Shown: positions 24,301 through 36,111 of the stretch, in pieces | Layout of the letters: each line of letters opens with the position of its first letter | How positions within the stretch are numbered: position 1 is the first letter of the stretch | Translations under genes and position numbers: made by a program | Source of the DNA: Hyaloraphidium curvatum SAG 235-1 | Lineage: Eukaryota; Fungi; Monoblepharomycota | DNA: 64,000 nt | Assembly: GCA_025558095.1 (NCBI GenBank) | Contig: JAIVFI010000030.1 | Location: forward strand, 186,001-250,000 | Reading direction: 5' to 3' | The notes under the pieces: generated by a model | What the model saw: only the letters and a program-made list of their open reading frames with translations | Told to the model about the DNA's origin: nothing | Database searches by the model: none

Positions 24301-25189
24301 CCGGACTCGTGCCCTGCGCAGCATCGTCGTTCTCCGCATCCTTGTAGAAAACAAGGTAGCTGCCCCTGAGCTCGACGAACAGCGTGTCCCATTTGTCTTC
24401 GGTCCCCTTGGCGCGCTTGCCGGCCTTGTCCTTTGAGACAGAGCCGACGCCGTTCATGGGGGCGATGCTCCGGAACAGGTAGGCGCTCAGCCTGGGCTGC
24501 TCAGCAAAGCATGGTTGCGGCTGGTCGTCGTAGGACTGTGTGCAATGGGAAGTGAGCTCACTGACGGATGTTGGGCGCCGGCCGGGTCCCACCGCCAGGG
24601 AAACCAGCCCCTCGACGTCGTCCTCTCCGCAGTCGCGGTCCGACACCATGCTGGCCGTCTCGCTGCGCAGCGCCGGCAGCACGGGCGAGACGTCCTCGGC
24701 GTGGAACCCCGTGTGGTTCGACGAGATGGAGGATCGGCGCGAGCCGGCAAAGAGCTTCTTCCGCCTGGCGTCGCCGCCCTGGGCCTCTGCGTCCCTGTCC
24801 TTGCCCGCCACGGCGTGCTTCGCCTTGGAGATGAAGCTGGATACCTTTGACATGACGCCGCCCAGTGCGGAGCCGATGTTTGTGGACGAGGCAATCGACG
24901 CGGTGTCCGTGGTGTCCTTGCGGCGCTGCCTGGCGGGCCCGCCGCCGGCGGCCTGAGCCGCGGGCGCCTGCGAGCTCTGGCGCGGGCCGCCGTACTGCAG
25001 CACGTTCATTGTGCCGCCGAAGAACGAGTCGCGCGGGCGGCGGCCGGCGGGGGGGTCGCGCGGCACGGGGAGCGGCGCGGCGAACCCGTCCGTGGCGGGG
25101 GAGGCCGGCGTGGCGGGCGAGGGCGAGGGCGATGGCGCGGCGGCGCCATCGGCGGGGGGCGCCCCGGGCAGCGGGGGCCGCGCCGCCAT
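21316..25189 (-). CDS. PH-domain + RhoGAP protein, multi-exon
   Basis: PH-like WDTLFVELRGSYLVFYK; RhoGAP IPVWLRKCV..GLDQEGIYRISGN, DIHVVTGVIKSILRD, NRMTSRNLAIVFTPTLM. Confidence 0.9.
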
Positions 25190-26127
25190 GGGTCGCTTGT
25201 TTGCCGCGCGCGGATCCCGCGCTGGCGCCGACCGCCGCGCGAGTGCGGCCGCGGATGAGATGCGCCGCTGACGGCGAGCGCGGCGCGGGCACGGGCGGGG
25301 CCGGTCGGCTCCGGTCCTTGCCAGCAATGTTGCCGTGTTGGGACCTGGCGCTAGGTCCGACTGCACCTCACCCTTCACATGGGCCTCGGGCAAAGTGGCC
25401 GACCCGCGGAATCCGAGGAAACTCATCGCTTTAGACTGTTTGTGCATTATCCTGCATTGATGCACCGTTTCCGGGTCTCGTAGGTCTGGCGGCCAGGGGA
25501 TGCGGGCTCGAGTCAGCCGCCGTCGGACCGAGGAAGGAGCCAAGTCTCCGATCGGGACGCCGCACGCCATTGGATCGGTCCTCGAGCTCTATTTGATGGT
25601 ACGATGCGTGCGGGGGCCCGATCCATCCGCTTTGACTTGGCAGGCACATGTCCCTGGGCGGCTACCCTGACGATGGCCACTGATCCGGGTCCAGCCGCGA
25701 ATCAGGATTCAATCGGGCGCAAAGTGCCGTTCATAGAGCAGAAGACTGCAACACGGTGCCGATCGCTTACTCATTCGCCAATCCTTCTCTGCTCGTCAGA
25801 GTCAGAGCGAACAACTGCTGACTCGGTCAAGAAGAATCATCAAGCACATAACGCACAAAGCCAAGTTTGCTTCTCATCCAGACATAAGGAGTCACTTAGA
25901 TATGCGTCGAATGCGTATGCTTTGAGTTGCTGCTAGGATCGCGCGACTGTCCGGTCCCCAGCGGAGTAGCGGAGCACGCCGCGCAGCAGCGTAGGTGCCG
26001 CTCTCACACACAACCTTCTCCAGGGAGCTCTTCCCGCCGGCATCCGGGGCCGGTTGCACAGTCCACTTCTCCTTCTTCTCTCCCTCTCCCTCTCCCTCTC
26101 CGCGCCCCCGCGGCGCGATTGCCCGCG

Positions 26128-26464
26128 ATGGCCGCCCCCCTGCGCTCCCTCTTCTCGCGGCTGGCGTCGCTCGCCCCCGCCTTCGCCCGCCCCGCGCGGG
26201 CACCGGCACCCGCCGCATTGGCGCCCCTCGGACTCTCCGCGCTGCAGCGGCACCAGCCCCGGCCGTGGGAACCGGCGGCGGCGGCGCGGCCGTACTACGT
26301 CAAGTCGAGCATCAAGCTGCTCTGCGAGCACTGCTACTTTGTGCGGCGGAGGGGGCGGCTGCAGGTACGCGGTGCCCTCAGTGCGAGGCTCAATATTCGT
26401 CGCTCACGCGTCGTGGCAGGTCCAGTGCCACAAGACCGGGCGGCATAAGCAGCGGCAGGGATGA
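26128..26464 (+). CDS. MRPL36: Mitochondrial ribosomal protein bL36m
   Basis: Presequence followed by YYVKSSIKLLCEHCYFVRRRGRLQ|VQCHKTGRHKQRQG, with one intron. Confidence 0.9.
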
Positions 26465-26599
26465 AGCGCACCGAGTACGGACGAATGCCGATGCCGGCAG
26501 CTGAATCCAATGTACATCTTTGACGACAGAGGGTATACAATGCTCCTTCCCATCCCGATCCCGGCCGCCGCGCGCAAGAAGGCCCCGACCCGCCGCCCG

Positions 26600-28013
26600 C
26601 TACTTGAGCACCTTTGGCGCCGGCCTCGACCCCGACCCCCTGCTGCTCTGCAGCACGCTGCTGATCCGCTTGAACCGCGAGTCCTCGCCCTTGCCGCCCC
26701 CGGCGGCGGCCTTGGCCGCGCGCGCGTCGCTCTCCTTGTACTGCGACTCGGGCCGCTTGACGATGTCGTAGTTCATCGGGCGCGGGATCCGCGCGTAGCG
26801 GTACTCGCCGTCGCCGTCGTCCATGCCGTCGTAGTCCTTCTGGGCGGGGCGGCGCATGGGCGAGGGGGCGGCGGCCTTTTCGCGCTTGCGGTGCTTGTCG
26901 CGGATGAACTTGGACCAGTTGTCTAACGGGTGGGATCAGCAAAGGAGCTCGTGCGCCTTCACGAAGGACAACCCACCGACTAGCCGCTGGCACCGTGCCT
27001 TAATGTCCGGCATGACGTCCTCGTCCTTGGTCAGGTACATGACCACCCGCCCAACGGTGCACTCGCGCAGCCTGCTCCCAAAATTAAGCGGAGCCTTCCA
27101 AACATGCAGCAACACAACACCCACCTGTCCATGAGGTTGTCGTCGACATCGTACTTTTCCAGAACGCCGACCATAGCCCGCTGGACGTCGAGCGGCGGCA
27201 GCGACCCGTCGTGCTCCGAGGGCGCCAGCCACGCGCCGATGGCCTTGAGGATGTCGTTGTCGAGGAAAATCTCCCTGCTATCGCTCCTGGAAGGCGGCAA
27301 GGGTCAACTGACCGACCGCTGCGACCAACGGCAGGCCGAACCCACCTCGACAGCTTCTCGACGACCGGCTGCAGCATCATGAGCTTGGCCACGCTCGGCT
27401 GCCCGTTCTTGCGGAACTCAAAATCCATCTCGGCCGCGTTGAGCATCTCGTCCTTGGTGCGGACCGCGATGTCGTCCCATTTCTGCGCCGGACGCGCCCG
27501 TCAGCCGACCCGCCCCTCGGCTGCCCGGCACCGGCAAATCGCACCGTGTCCTCGTCGTCCCGCTTCTTCTTCCTCCGCGGCTTGAGCACCTCGAGCGCCT
27601 CCTTGAAGTCCCTCTCGACCTGCTTGACCACGTCGTCGCCCTCCTCCCCCTCGGCCTCCTTGTTCCGCTCCCGGTCCTTCTTCTTCTTCTTCTTGCGCTT
27701 CTTCTTCTCCGCGTCGTCCCCGTCCGCCGCCTTGTCCTTCTTCCGGCGCTCCTTGGGATCCCCCGCGGGGCCTTTGATCCGCAGCTTGAGCTTCGGCGTC
27801 CCCGAGAACTCGCCGTCGGCGGCCTGCGCCTTCCTGGCCTTGGCCTCATCTGTCCGGGAGCCGCGGTCAGCGCCGCGGGGTGGGGCGGGGAGCGGCGCGG
27901 GCACCTTCGGACGAGTCGTAGACGGACGAGAGCTCCGAGTCCGAGTCGCCGAAGAGGTCGCGCTCGTCCATGCGGCGGCGCGGTTCGCCGGCGGGGCCGT
28001 CCGAGTCGCTCAT
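26600..28013 (-). CDS. SPN1: Transcription elongation factor Iws1/Spn1, multi-exon
   Basis: Acidic/basic N-terminus; MLNAAEMD..PSVAKLMML, FLDNDILKAIGAWLAPSEHDGSLP, VGRVVMYL, YARIPRPMNYDIVKRP. Confidence 0.88.
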
Positions 28014-28289
28014 CGCGGCGGAGGCGAGGCCGGTGGACGGGCGCCGGAGCCGATGTGTCGCTTGGACTGGGAACAGCGTCGCAGGGGCAGGGGTGATCGA
28101 GCGGGTCGCGAGGCCGCCAACACGATTCGAAGCGACGTCCTGGCCCGAGATCGACCCGCGGAGACAATCGAGAGCCCGAATCCATTAGGAAACAAAGAGG
28201 GTATAACATTCTGGGTGCCCGTTTCCGCCCGCCGACTCCTCTTCCTGCCCCCAACCGCCGCCTCGGGTATCCCCCTCCATGCCCGGCGC

Positions 28290-29138
28290 TCAGTTGAGCC
28301 CCTCCGGCTCCCTGCACCATCTCTTGAGCCTGAACGCGTCCTGCCCGTTCAAATAGTACCTCCCCAGCCGCTTGTCCCTGACGAACCCCAGCCGCTCGTA
28401 CAGCGCAAGCGCGGCGGCGTTGGACACCTCGGTCTCGAGGACCACCTCGTCGGCGCCGTCGCGGAGGAAGGCGGCGAGGGAGAAGCGGACCAGCGAGGAT
28501 GCTGGAAAGGCATGGGGGAGTGAGCAGAGGGGGGGAGGTGGAGGCGAAGGGGACGCACCGATCCCGCGGCCGCGGAACTCCTTGCGGACGCAGAGCATGC
28601 CGATGTAGCCGCGGTTTGCGCCGCGGTGGGGTTCGAGGCGGTTAATGATGAGGCCGACGATGGCGTCGCCGTGCTTTGCCTGGGGTGCGGGGCGCGCAGG
28701 TCAGCACGATGCCGCGGGGAGCGACGCCCCGTTCCCGGGAGAGCGACCGCCCGCGAGCGGGAATGAAATTCCCGGTGGACGTTCCCCGCGGCGGGACAGC
28801 ATCCCTCCAATGCCCACCAGGAAGCACAGGTGCGGCCACTGCATCAGGAAGTAGCGGTACGTGTAGACCGAGTAGGGCTCCGACAGGTCCTCCTCGATCA
28901 GCGCGGCCATCTCCGGCAGCTGCAGCTCCGAGCGGTAGTACTCGTAGGCAATGTCCCCGCTGCGTGCGACCAGGTACGGGTCCGGTGCATCGCCTGCATG
29001 CGGTGCATTTTGTGCGTCGGCGAGCGACAGCGCGTCCAGCGAGGGGGGGATGCCTGCATCGCCGCGGGTGCCGCCCGCCGGGGGACGCGGGGCCGGTGGA
29101 GGGACGCCCGGTGGCGGGCCGGCCGCAATCCCCGCCAT
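28290..29138 (-). CDS. MAK3: NatC N-acetyltransferase catalytic subunit (Naa30/Mak3), multi-exon
   Basis: LIEEDLSEPYSVYTYRYFL..WPHLCFL, RGYIGMLCVRKEFRGRGIA, EVVLETEVSN..LYERLGFVRDKRL.RYYLNG.DAFRLK. Confidence 0.95.
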
Positions 29139-29388
29139 CGCTTGATTTGGCCTGGGGATTTTCGCGGCGTCCGCAGTCGATTACGGGGTGATGTCGCGGG
29201 CGTCCGCAGCGTCGCATCAACATCCCCCACGCGAGCCGCAGCTTCATCACTCCCGGGAGCCCGCCGGCGGCCGATGCGCTGAGAGCGGCCAGCGGAAGGA
29301 GCGCAGCGAGCAGAGAAAGCGGAGCGGACAGCGGGGAGCGGCAGCGGAGGGACCACCGGGCGGCAGCAGACAGCCGGAGGAACCCCCG

Positions 29389-30736
29389 ATGGCCGCCGCA
29401 CACGCCGCCGCACCCGGCCCGGCGATGGCGCCGCCGCCGCTGCCGAAGGGGCGCGCGCGCCCGGCGCCCCGCCCGCCGCCGCGGCTGCCCAACGAGACGC
29501 TGCTTGCCGTGTTCGCCGAGCTCGGCGCGCCCGACCTGCTCACGCTGCGCCGCGTGTCGCGCCGCTTCAAGGCGCTGGCAGAGTTCCTGCTGGCGGACGT
29601 GCTGCAGGCGCAGGTCGTCGAGGGCGCCCGCGCGCGCAAGCTGGCCGTCGCTGCGCTGCGCGAGCTGGAGCGGGAGAAGCGGCCGCGCATGCTGCACTAC
29701 AGGTGCCGCACCCGCCCTGCCTGCTACGCACCCGCTGACCGCGCATCGCTGTCCTCCGTGCACCGCTGCCCCGCACACAGGACGTTCCTGCAGCCGATGA
29801 CCTTCCAGGGTGCGTCGCACCAGATCCCCCGCTCGTCCCCCGCCCGCTCACACCCGCCCCCCCGCACGCAGAGATCAACGAGCTGCGCTTCATGCGCGAC
29901 CCGCCGCACGAGGTCCGCGTGGTGTGCGCGTGCCTGTCGCTGCTATACTCGCAGCCGGTCGTGCTGCCAGGCCAGACAGAGGAGGACGCCGTGCAGGCCG
30001 CGGGCGACTGGGGGCAGGTGCGCAAGGTCATGGCCAGCAGGGCGTTCAGGAGCTGGCTCGTGAACCTGGAGCCGGGCGTGGACGAGGTGCCGCTGGCAAA
30101 CGTCAGGCCGGTCGAGAAGTGGGTGTCACCACGCACGCGGCCGCTAGCCCAGCGCTTACCTGCCGCCCTCTTCTCTCCCGCACGCCGTTTCCCCCCCTCT
30201 CCAGGATCATAATGAACGACGCCCACATCTCCTACCAGAACGTCCGCCGCATCAACCAGCCCGCCTACAAGCTCCTCATCGTCGTCGCCGCCATCATCCA
30301 GATCGTCAACATCCAGGACGAGCTCCGGACCAAGCGCCGCGCGTGCCAGACCATCGAGTCGCGGCTCTCGCGCTCGTCGTACCTCCTGGGATGCATCGGC
30401 GGCCCGCGGAAACCGCTCGCCCCCGCGCCGGACGAGGAGGACGAGGGCAAGGAGCCGCCCTCGCGCGCCGACACGGACGCGACCCTCGCGGACCCCGGCG
30501 GCGCGGCGGAGCCGATCGACCTCAACGAGGACGACTTTGCGGAGGACGAGGCGGCGGCGTTTGCCTACGGGGTGGGGGAGCAGGCCGGCGGGGAGGAGGT
30601 GGACGGGTTTGCGGACGCGCCCGAGGACGCGTCCATGGGCGGGCCGTGGGACGAGGACGTGGAGATGGAGGCCGAGCCGGCGCAGGACGCCGGCTCGTCC
30701 GACGCGGGCGGCGAGGGGTCCGAGATGGCACCCTGA
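29389..30736 (+). CDS. F-box protein of unknown specificity, multi-exon
   Basis: LPNETLLAVFAELGAPDLLTLRRVSRRFKALA is an F-box motif; a helical region and an acidic tail follow. Confidence 0.75.
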
Positions 30737-30874
30737 CCGCCGCCTCGCGGTCTCCTTCTTGCCCGGGACTATGGGCGCGAAACGGACGCAACTGACGCAA
30801 CGCAACGAACGGAAGTGCACATGCACCCTGTACAGCAGACAACGACGATCCCGTGCTACCTTCGTCTATGGGAA

Positions 30875-33800
30875 TTAATCGGATATCTCTCGCGGGCCTC
30901 CGCTTAGGCCAGGATCACGAAGCCCTTGTACTCGATGGGCCTCTTGCCCTCCCGGGCAACCTTTGTCAGCCTCCACGCGTCGCCGGGAGAGCAGCAGGGG
31001 CAAGTGTATCTGGCAGCGGGAAAAGAAAGTGAACACAGTCTCTACCAATCGGCGAGCCTCCAAGACCCACTTTGCCGAATCGCCCGCGTCCATGAGCTTC
31101 TTGTACCGCACGTCGTCCATCCCCGGGTCGCACTGCGTATGCACCCAACGGTCGCACTTGTCGCACTGCACCATCTTGACGTCGTCCTGGTCCGCCGCGT
31201 ACGTCACCAGGCACACTGGGCAGAACCGGTCGCCCTCCCAGTCGGGGAAGCAGCCCGAGCAGTAGGTCGCCGTGTACGTGTTGCTCCCGTTCCGCGGCAC
31301 GAGGTGCGCCGGGGTCGGCACCACCGCGTGCTGGAACTCCGAGGCCACGTTGGCGGCCTCGACGTCCGCCTGCGGCGTGCGCTGCGTACGCGCCGCCAGC
31401 ATCTCGGCGAGCTCGCCCTTGGCGGGCTTTTGCTCCGACTTGCGGCCGCACGTGTGGCACACGGCGCACAGCGGGCACAGCCAGCTGCCTTCCGGCAGGC
31501 TGTCGGGCTTCGGGACCAGGCAGCCCAGGTGGTACCCGCGGTCGCAGGCGTCGCACAGCAGCAGGTTCTCGTCGTCGCCGGCCTCCTTGCAGACGCAGCA
31601 TAGCCTGGCAAACGAACGTCAGCAATCCAAATCGCGAGCGAACCCTGCAAAGAAACCCACTTGCACTCGCTGCACTCCCACGGGTAGGTCACGACCTTGG
31701 CGATCATGGGCGGCGTGCCCACTTCGGCGCAGTAGGCATGGAAATGCAGCTTGTCGATCGCGCACCGCAGCATCAGGTTCGGCATCGGATCCTGGCTCGT
31801 GTCCTTCTCGAGCCTCGCCGGCGTCGACTCGGTCTCGCACTCCTCGCATACGGGGTTGGGCTTGGGGTGCTTGGGCGGCCTGCCCGGCCCGCGCTTGACG
31901 GGCGGGAACGACGACTCGGCGACCGGCGGCGGAACGGGGGAAGGCGCGGCCGGCGTGCCCTCGGGCTTGACGCCGCCGGGGAGCGGGGGCCGCGGGCTGG
32001 GGCCCAGGCTCGGCGCCACTCCGCCCTGCTCCGACCTGTGGTACAGGCAGCGCTCCCCGTTCCTTGTCACGGGGCGCTTGCAGGGCATGCCGTGGTTCGT
32101 CTTGAAGCCGCAGAAGAAGGAGTAGTGCGGTTGCGCGTTGCGCTGCTGCGCCGCGATCATGGCCGGCGTCATGGGACCGCCCGGGGTCGGCTGCATCTGC
32201 ATGCCGGGGTATGGCGGGCCGTACGGCCCGGGGGGTTGCTGGTAGGGCTGCATCTGCGGGCCCGGGCCGCCGATTGACTTGGGGATGAAGCCGAGCGTGC
32301 TGGGCATGACCACGGGCTCGTGCTCCCGCCCGAAGCGGTGCGTGAAGCTGTGCGGTCGCAAATGAATCAGTCACCATCAGACGGACAAGCAAGTTAGAGC
32401 CGCCCACATGGAAAAGTTGGCCTGGTATTGGCCGGCGTCCACCGCGAGCGGGTACTTGATCGACTCCTCGGTCGGTTCCAGCGGCATCCACCTCGGGTCG
32501 TCGTCCTGCTCGACCGGCACGACCTCGATGTTGATCTTGCGGCCCGGGTCTACGTTGGAACCCCGCTCCATCTCCCAGCGCACGTGCACGTTGGCGGTGT
32601 AGACCGTCGGGAACACGGGTTGCCTCGTGTTGACCTCGAACTGGTGCACGCTCCGCTGCAGACGCTCCTGCGTGATGCGGTCGTTGGACTCGCTGCCGGC
32701 CACCACCATCCTGGCCATCCTGTTGCGCGCGGCCTGCGGGATCTGGTCCGCCTCCTTCTCGAGCTGTGCGCCGCCCAGGCCGGCCTGGTTGCCGTCGATG
32801 AGGTCCTTGACGATGCCCTCGGTCTTGCGCAGGGCATTGCGCCATGACGGGACCGTGCCCCGCTCGCCGAGGGGCTGCTCGCCCTCCTCCTCCTCCTCCT
32901 GCTCCTGGCCCCAGCTCTCCCAGTACTCGTTCTCATCCGGCTCCGGCTTGTCCCCGACGAAATAGTCGTCGCGCACGGGGATGCCGCGCTTGATGCAGCG
33001 GTGGCCGAACTTTTTGAAGAGCTGGCGGGCGGGGATGAGGTTGATGTTGCGGGTCTTGAGCTGCGGGATGAGGAAGCCGAGCTCGACGAGGTGGTCCTTG
33101 TCCTCCTCGCGCGCCAGCAGCTTGGGCAGCTCCTTGTTCTTGGCGTAGAACAGGAACGAGTCGCGGTACCCTAGCGAGCGCGCCGCGTCGATGGTGAACA
33201 TGAAGAGCCGGCTGGGGTGGCGGGGGAGTTTGAAGACGCGGAACTTGAATTCACGACCTGCGCGTGCGGGTCAGCAAAACCTTCAGATCAAGCATGGCAA
33301 TTGGGCCCACCTCCAAGCAAGTTGCCGTCCTTGTCGATTTTCTCCTCGCCGCGGGGGTCGTGCTCGCTGGCCTCGCTCCCCTCGGATTCCTCCTCGACCT
33401 CGACGTCCGATCCCTCGGCGCTGCGCATCGGCGGCCTGTTCTTCGGCGGCCGCCCGCGCCGCCTACCTCCGCGGGCGCCGCCCCTGCCGCGGCCCCGCCC
33501 GCGCGGCCGGTAGGTCCTCTCTGCCGGCGCGTCCTCGCCGCTTTTGTCGCCATCCTCGTTGTCGTGATCTCCGTCCTCCCCGTCGTCCCGGCCGCTGGCG
33601 CCCTCCGAATCCGCGCCCGACTTTCCCTCGTCGTCCTCTGCGCCGTCGGCGTGGCTGCCGTCCTCGTCCTCGCCGTCCGAGCCGCGGGATCTTTTCGGGG
33701 GAGGTTCCTGCGAGCCCGCCTTGCTGCGCCGGCGGCGGACCGGCAGTGGCACCGTGCCGGGCGCCCGCTTCGCCTGCTTACGCTCCCGCTGCCCCTTGCG

Positions 33801-34115
33801 CCGCACCGGCCGGCCGTCGTCGTCGCTGTTTTCCTCGCCCGAGGCGTCGGACGCGCCGGTTCCGCTCGCGACCCCGCCGCTCTCGCCGCCGTCCCCGTTC
33901 TCCTCGCCGCCGCCGCCGTCGGCCTCCGCCTCGTCCTCCGCGCCATCCGCCGCCTCGCCGTCCGCGTCCTCGGCGCCGTCGACGTCCATCGGCGCGGGCT
34001 CCGACGGGGCATCCGAAACCGGCGCGCTCTCCTCGGCCGGCGCATTCGACTCCGCGACGCTCTCGGGCTCCGCCGTCGGAGGCCCGGCGCTCTCGCTGTT
34101 TTCCCCGGATTCCAT
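30875..34115 (-). CDS. SWI/SNF-RSC subunit: Rsc7/Swp82-type CRC domain plus three C-terminal PHD fingers; start approximate
   Basis: [14 protein letters not shown]|[42 protein letters not shown] (CRC); AT-hook KRGPGRPPK; PHD segments [53 protein letters not shown]. Confidence 0.85.
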
Positions 34116-34242
34116 TACGCCCCTCCCGGTCTCCCGGGCCCGCAGATCAACGGGATCCCCGTCACCGGCAGTTTTCAAAAGCCAAGGGATTATTGCAGAA
34201 TCGCGGTTGGCCATTTCGGCGGCATCCCCGCCAATTAAAGCT

Positions 34243-35114
34243 ATGGAGGCAGCTGGGGCATCAGAGCCCCCTGCAGATCCTGCAGTTTTGCCTCCGCAAT
34301 CTGGGGAGCCCGTTCCGGACGCTGTTGCCGGGGCAGATGCCGGGATCCCGGCGCCCACCACGCCCTCCCCCCCAAAGACCCCCTCCCGGACTCAAACCCC
34401 CTCCGCTGCGCGGTCGCAGACCCCTGCGGACCAGCCGGCTGTGAAACTCTCGACGAGCTCCAAGCCGTCGGCGGGGAACCTGGCCCCGGCGGGTGCGGTA
34501 CAGGGGGCCGCGCCCGGCTCGCCGGAACGGAAGGCGTCGCCGACGAGGGCGTCGCAGGCAAAGCTGGCACCGAAGAGCACGCATGCTTCCAGGACCTCGA
34601 ATCTGGCTCTCTCCAAAGCGAACGTTGGGCCGGCAGAGGAGAAGAAGGCCGAGAACGTCCTTTACGAACCGACCTACCAGCTGGCTCCGACCCACAGGTA
34701 CTTCGGACTCCCGTGCCCTCGACCACTTCTCATGTCTTGTTGTTGAAGATTTAGGCCTGACGCCGTCCAGCAGATCGCGGCCAAGGTGCTGGACCGCAAC
34801 CTGTCAAAAATCCGATACTCGCCCGAGGAAGCCGGTGCCCTGTGCATCAAGTGCGCCAACGAGATCCAGCAGGAAACAAAGAGTAGGATTGTCTGCGCTC
34901 TCCACCGGCGAGGATCTGACGCCGGCTCGCAGAGCTCCCGCTGGACAGGTACCGCATCATCGTCGACGTCTCGATCGGCGAGTTTGCCGGCCAGGGCGTC
35001 CGCAACGCCTCGCGTTGCCTCTGGGACACGGCCACGGATGCCAGCGCGACGGCCGTCTTCCGGAATGGCTCCCTGTTTGCGGTCGCGGTGGTGTTTGGCA
35101 TCTATCTCTTCTAG
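34243..35114 (+). CDS. Tctex-1 family dynein light chain with long N-terminal extension (TCTEX1D2/DYNLT2-like)
   Basis: YEPTYQLAP|FRPDAVQQIAAKVL..RYRIIVDVSIGEFAGQGVRNASRCLWDTATD..FRNGSLFAVAVVFGIY. Confidence 0.85.
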
Positions 35115-35899
35115 ACATCTCCCGCGCCGGCTACAGATTCGGCCCCGCCGATGACCTCGGCCTGGTCGACGTCTCCTGCACCAGTGACGTCTTCGGCTCC
35201 CCCAGCAAACCCGCTGTCCGAATTTCGGTGCCTTGCCGGCTCCAGCACGTGCACAAAATGCGTGATGGCCGGCCGCGCCGGATTAACCTGTGCTTCCCGG
35301 GTGACCACCTCGACCATTGTCGCCAGCCTCCATCCCTCCACCACATAATCTGTCCGATCCGAGTAGCTGATCAACGCCCACTGGCCCCCCGGCTTGACCA
35401 CCCGTGCCAGGCTGCGCTGGTAGTTTGCCAGCACCTCTCGGGACCCCGTGCACGCCAGCGCGTCGAACGACGACTTGTCAAACACGAGGTCGACGCTCTC
35501 CGGCTCCACGGTGTCCAGCTTCAGCAGGTCGTCCACCCGGAACTCCAGCCGGTCGAGGTCCCTGTAGCGGTCCGACATCTTTCGGACCACGGTCTCGGAG
35601 AAATCCACCGAGACCACGCGCGCAGCGGGGTAGAGCGCGGCAAAGTCGGCGGGGAAGCGACTGGTCCCGCAGCCCGCGTTGAGGACCGTGAAGCCGTCCT
35701 CCATCGGCGAAAGACGGAGAAGCGGGAACACTTTCTTGGCCAGCTCGGCCGTCCCCATGAGCCACTCGAACTCGTTCTCCGACTCGAAACGCTCCTCCCA
35801 GTACGATCGTTCTGGGTACAATGAGCAAGAGCCGGGTGTCGATCAGCGATGCAGGGTTGGGCTTATTGGCACGGTTCGCTCACCGGCGTACGACGGCAT
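35111..35899 (-). CDS. Class I SAM methyltransferase, EEF1AKMT4/METTL13-N-like
   Basis: MPSYA|ERSYWEERF..FEWL, VLNAGCGTS, VDFSETVV, DLVFDKSSFDAL, RVVKPGG. Confidence 0.85.
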
Positions 35900-36111
35900 C
35901 GTTGTGCCCTTGTCCTTCGGTTCGGCTGCCCGTCTGAACCGGCGAGGAATCAATCGTCTCCAGAACGAGGCGAATGCCAGCCTGCCGTCCTCCCTCGTGG
36001 ACTGCCCCCCCGGACCGCTGCCTCGCGATTCCGCGAACCGCGGAAACCCCTTGCTGATTCCACCCAACGCGTCGAGCGACCGTGGTCGCGTCTGCACGCG
36101 TTTGAAACGCG

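Noticed and set aside
25190-26127. Largest non-coding gap as a possible ncRNA or mobile element
   Set aside because: I saw no tRNA/snRNA motif, terminal repeats or strong hairpins. It is consistent with a divergent promoter/5' UTR between the RhoGAP and bL36m genes.
33191-34444. Numerous long Arg/Pro/Ala-rich antisense and alternative-frame ORFs here and across the window
   Set aside because: These are expected shadow ORFs in high-GC coding DNA. They have no recognisable motifs and overlap well-supported genes.
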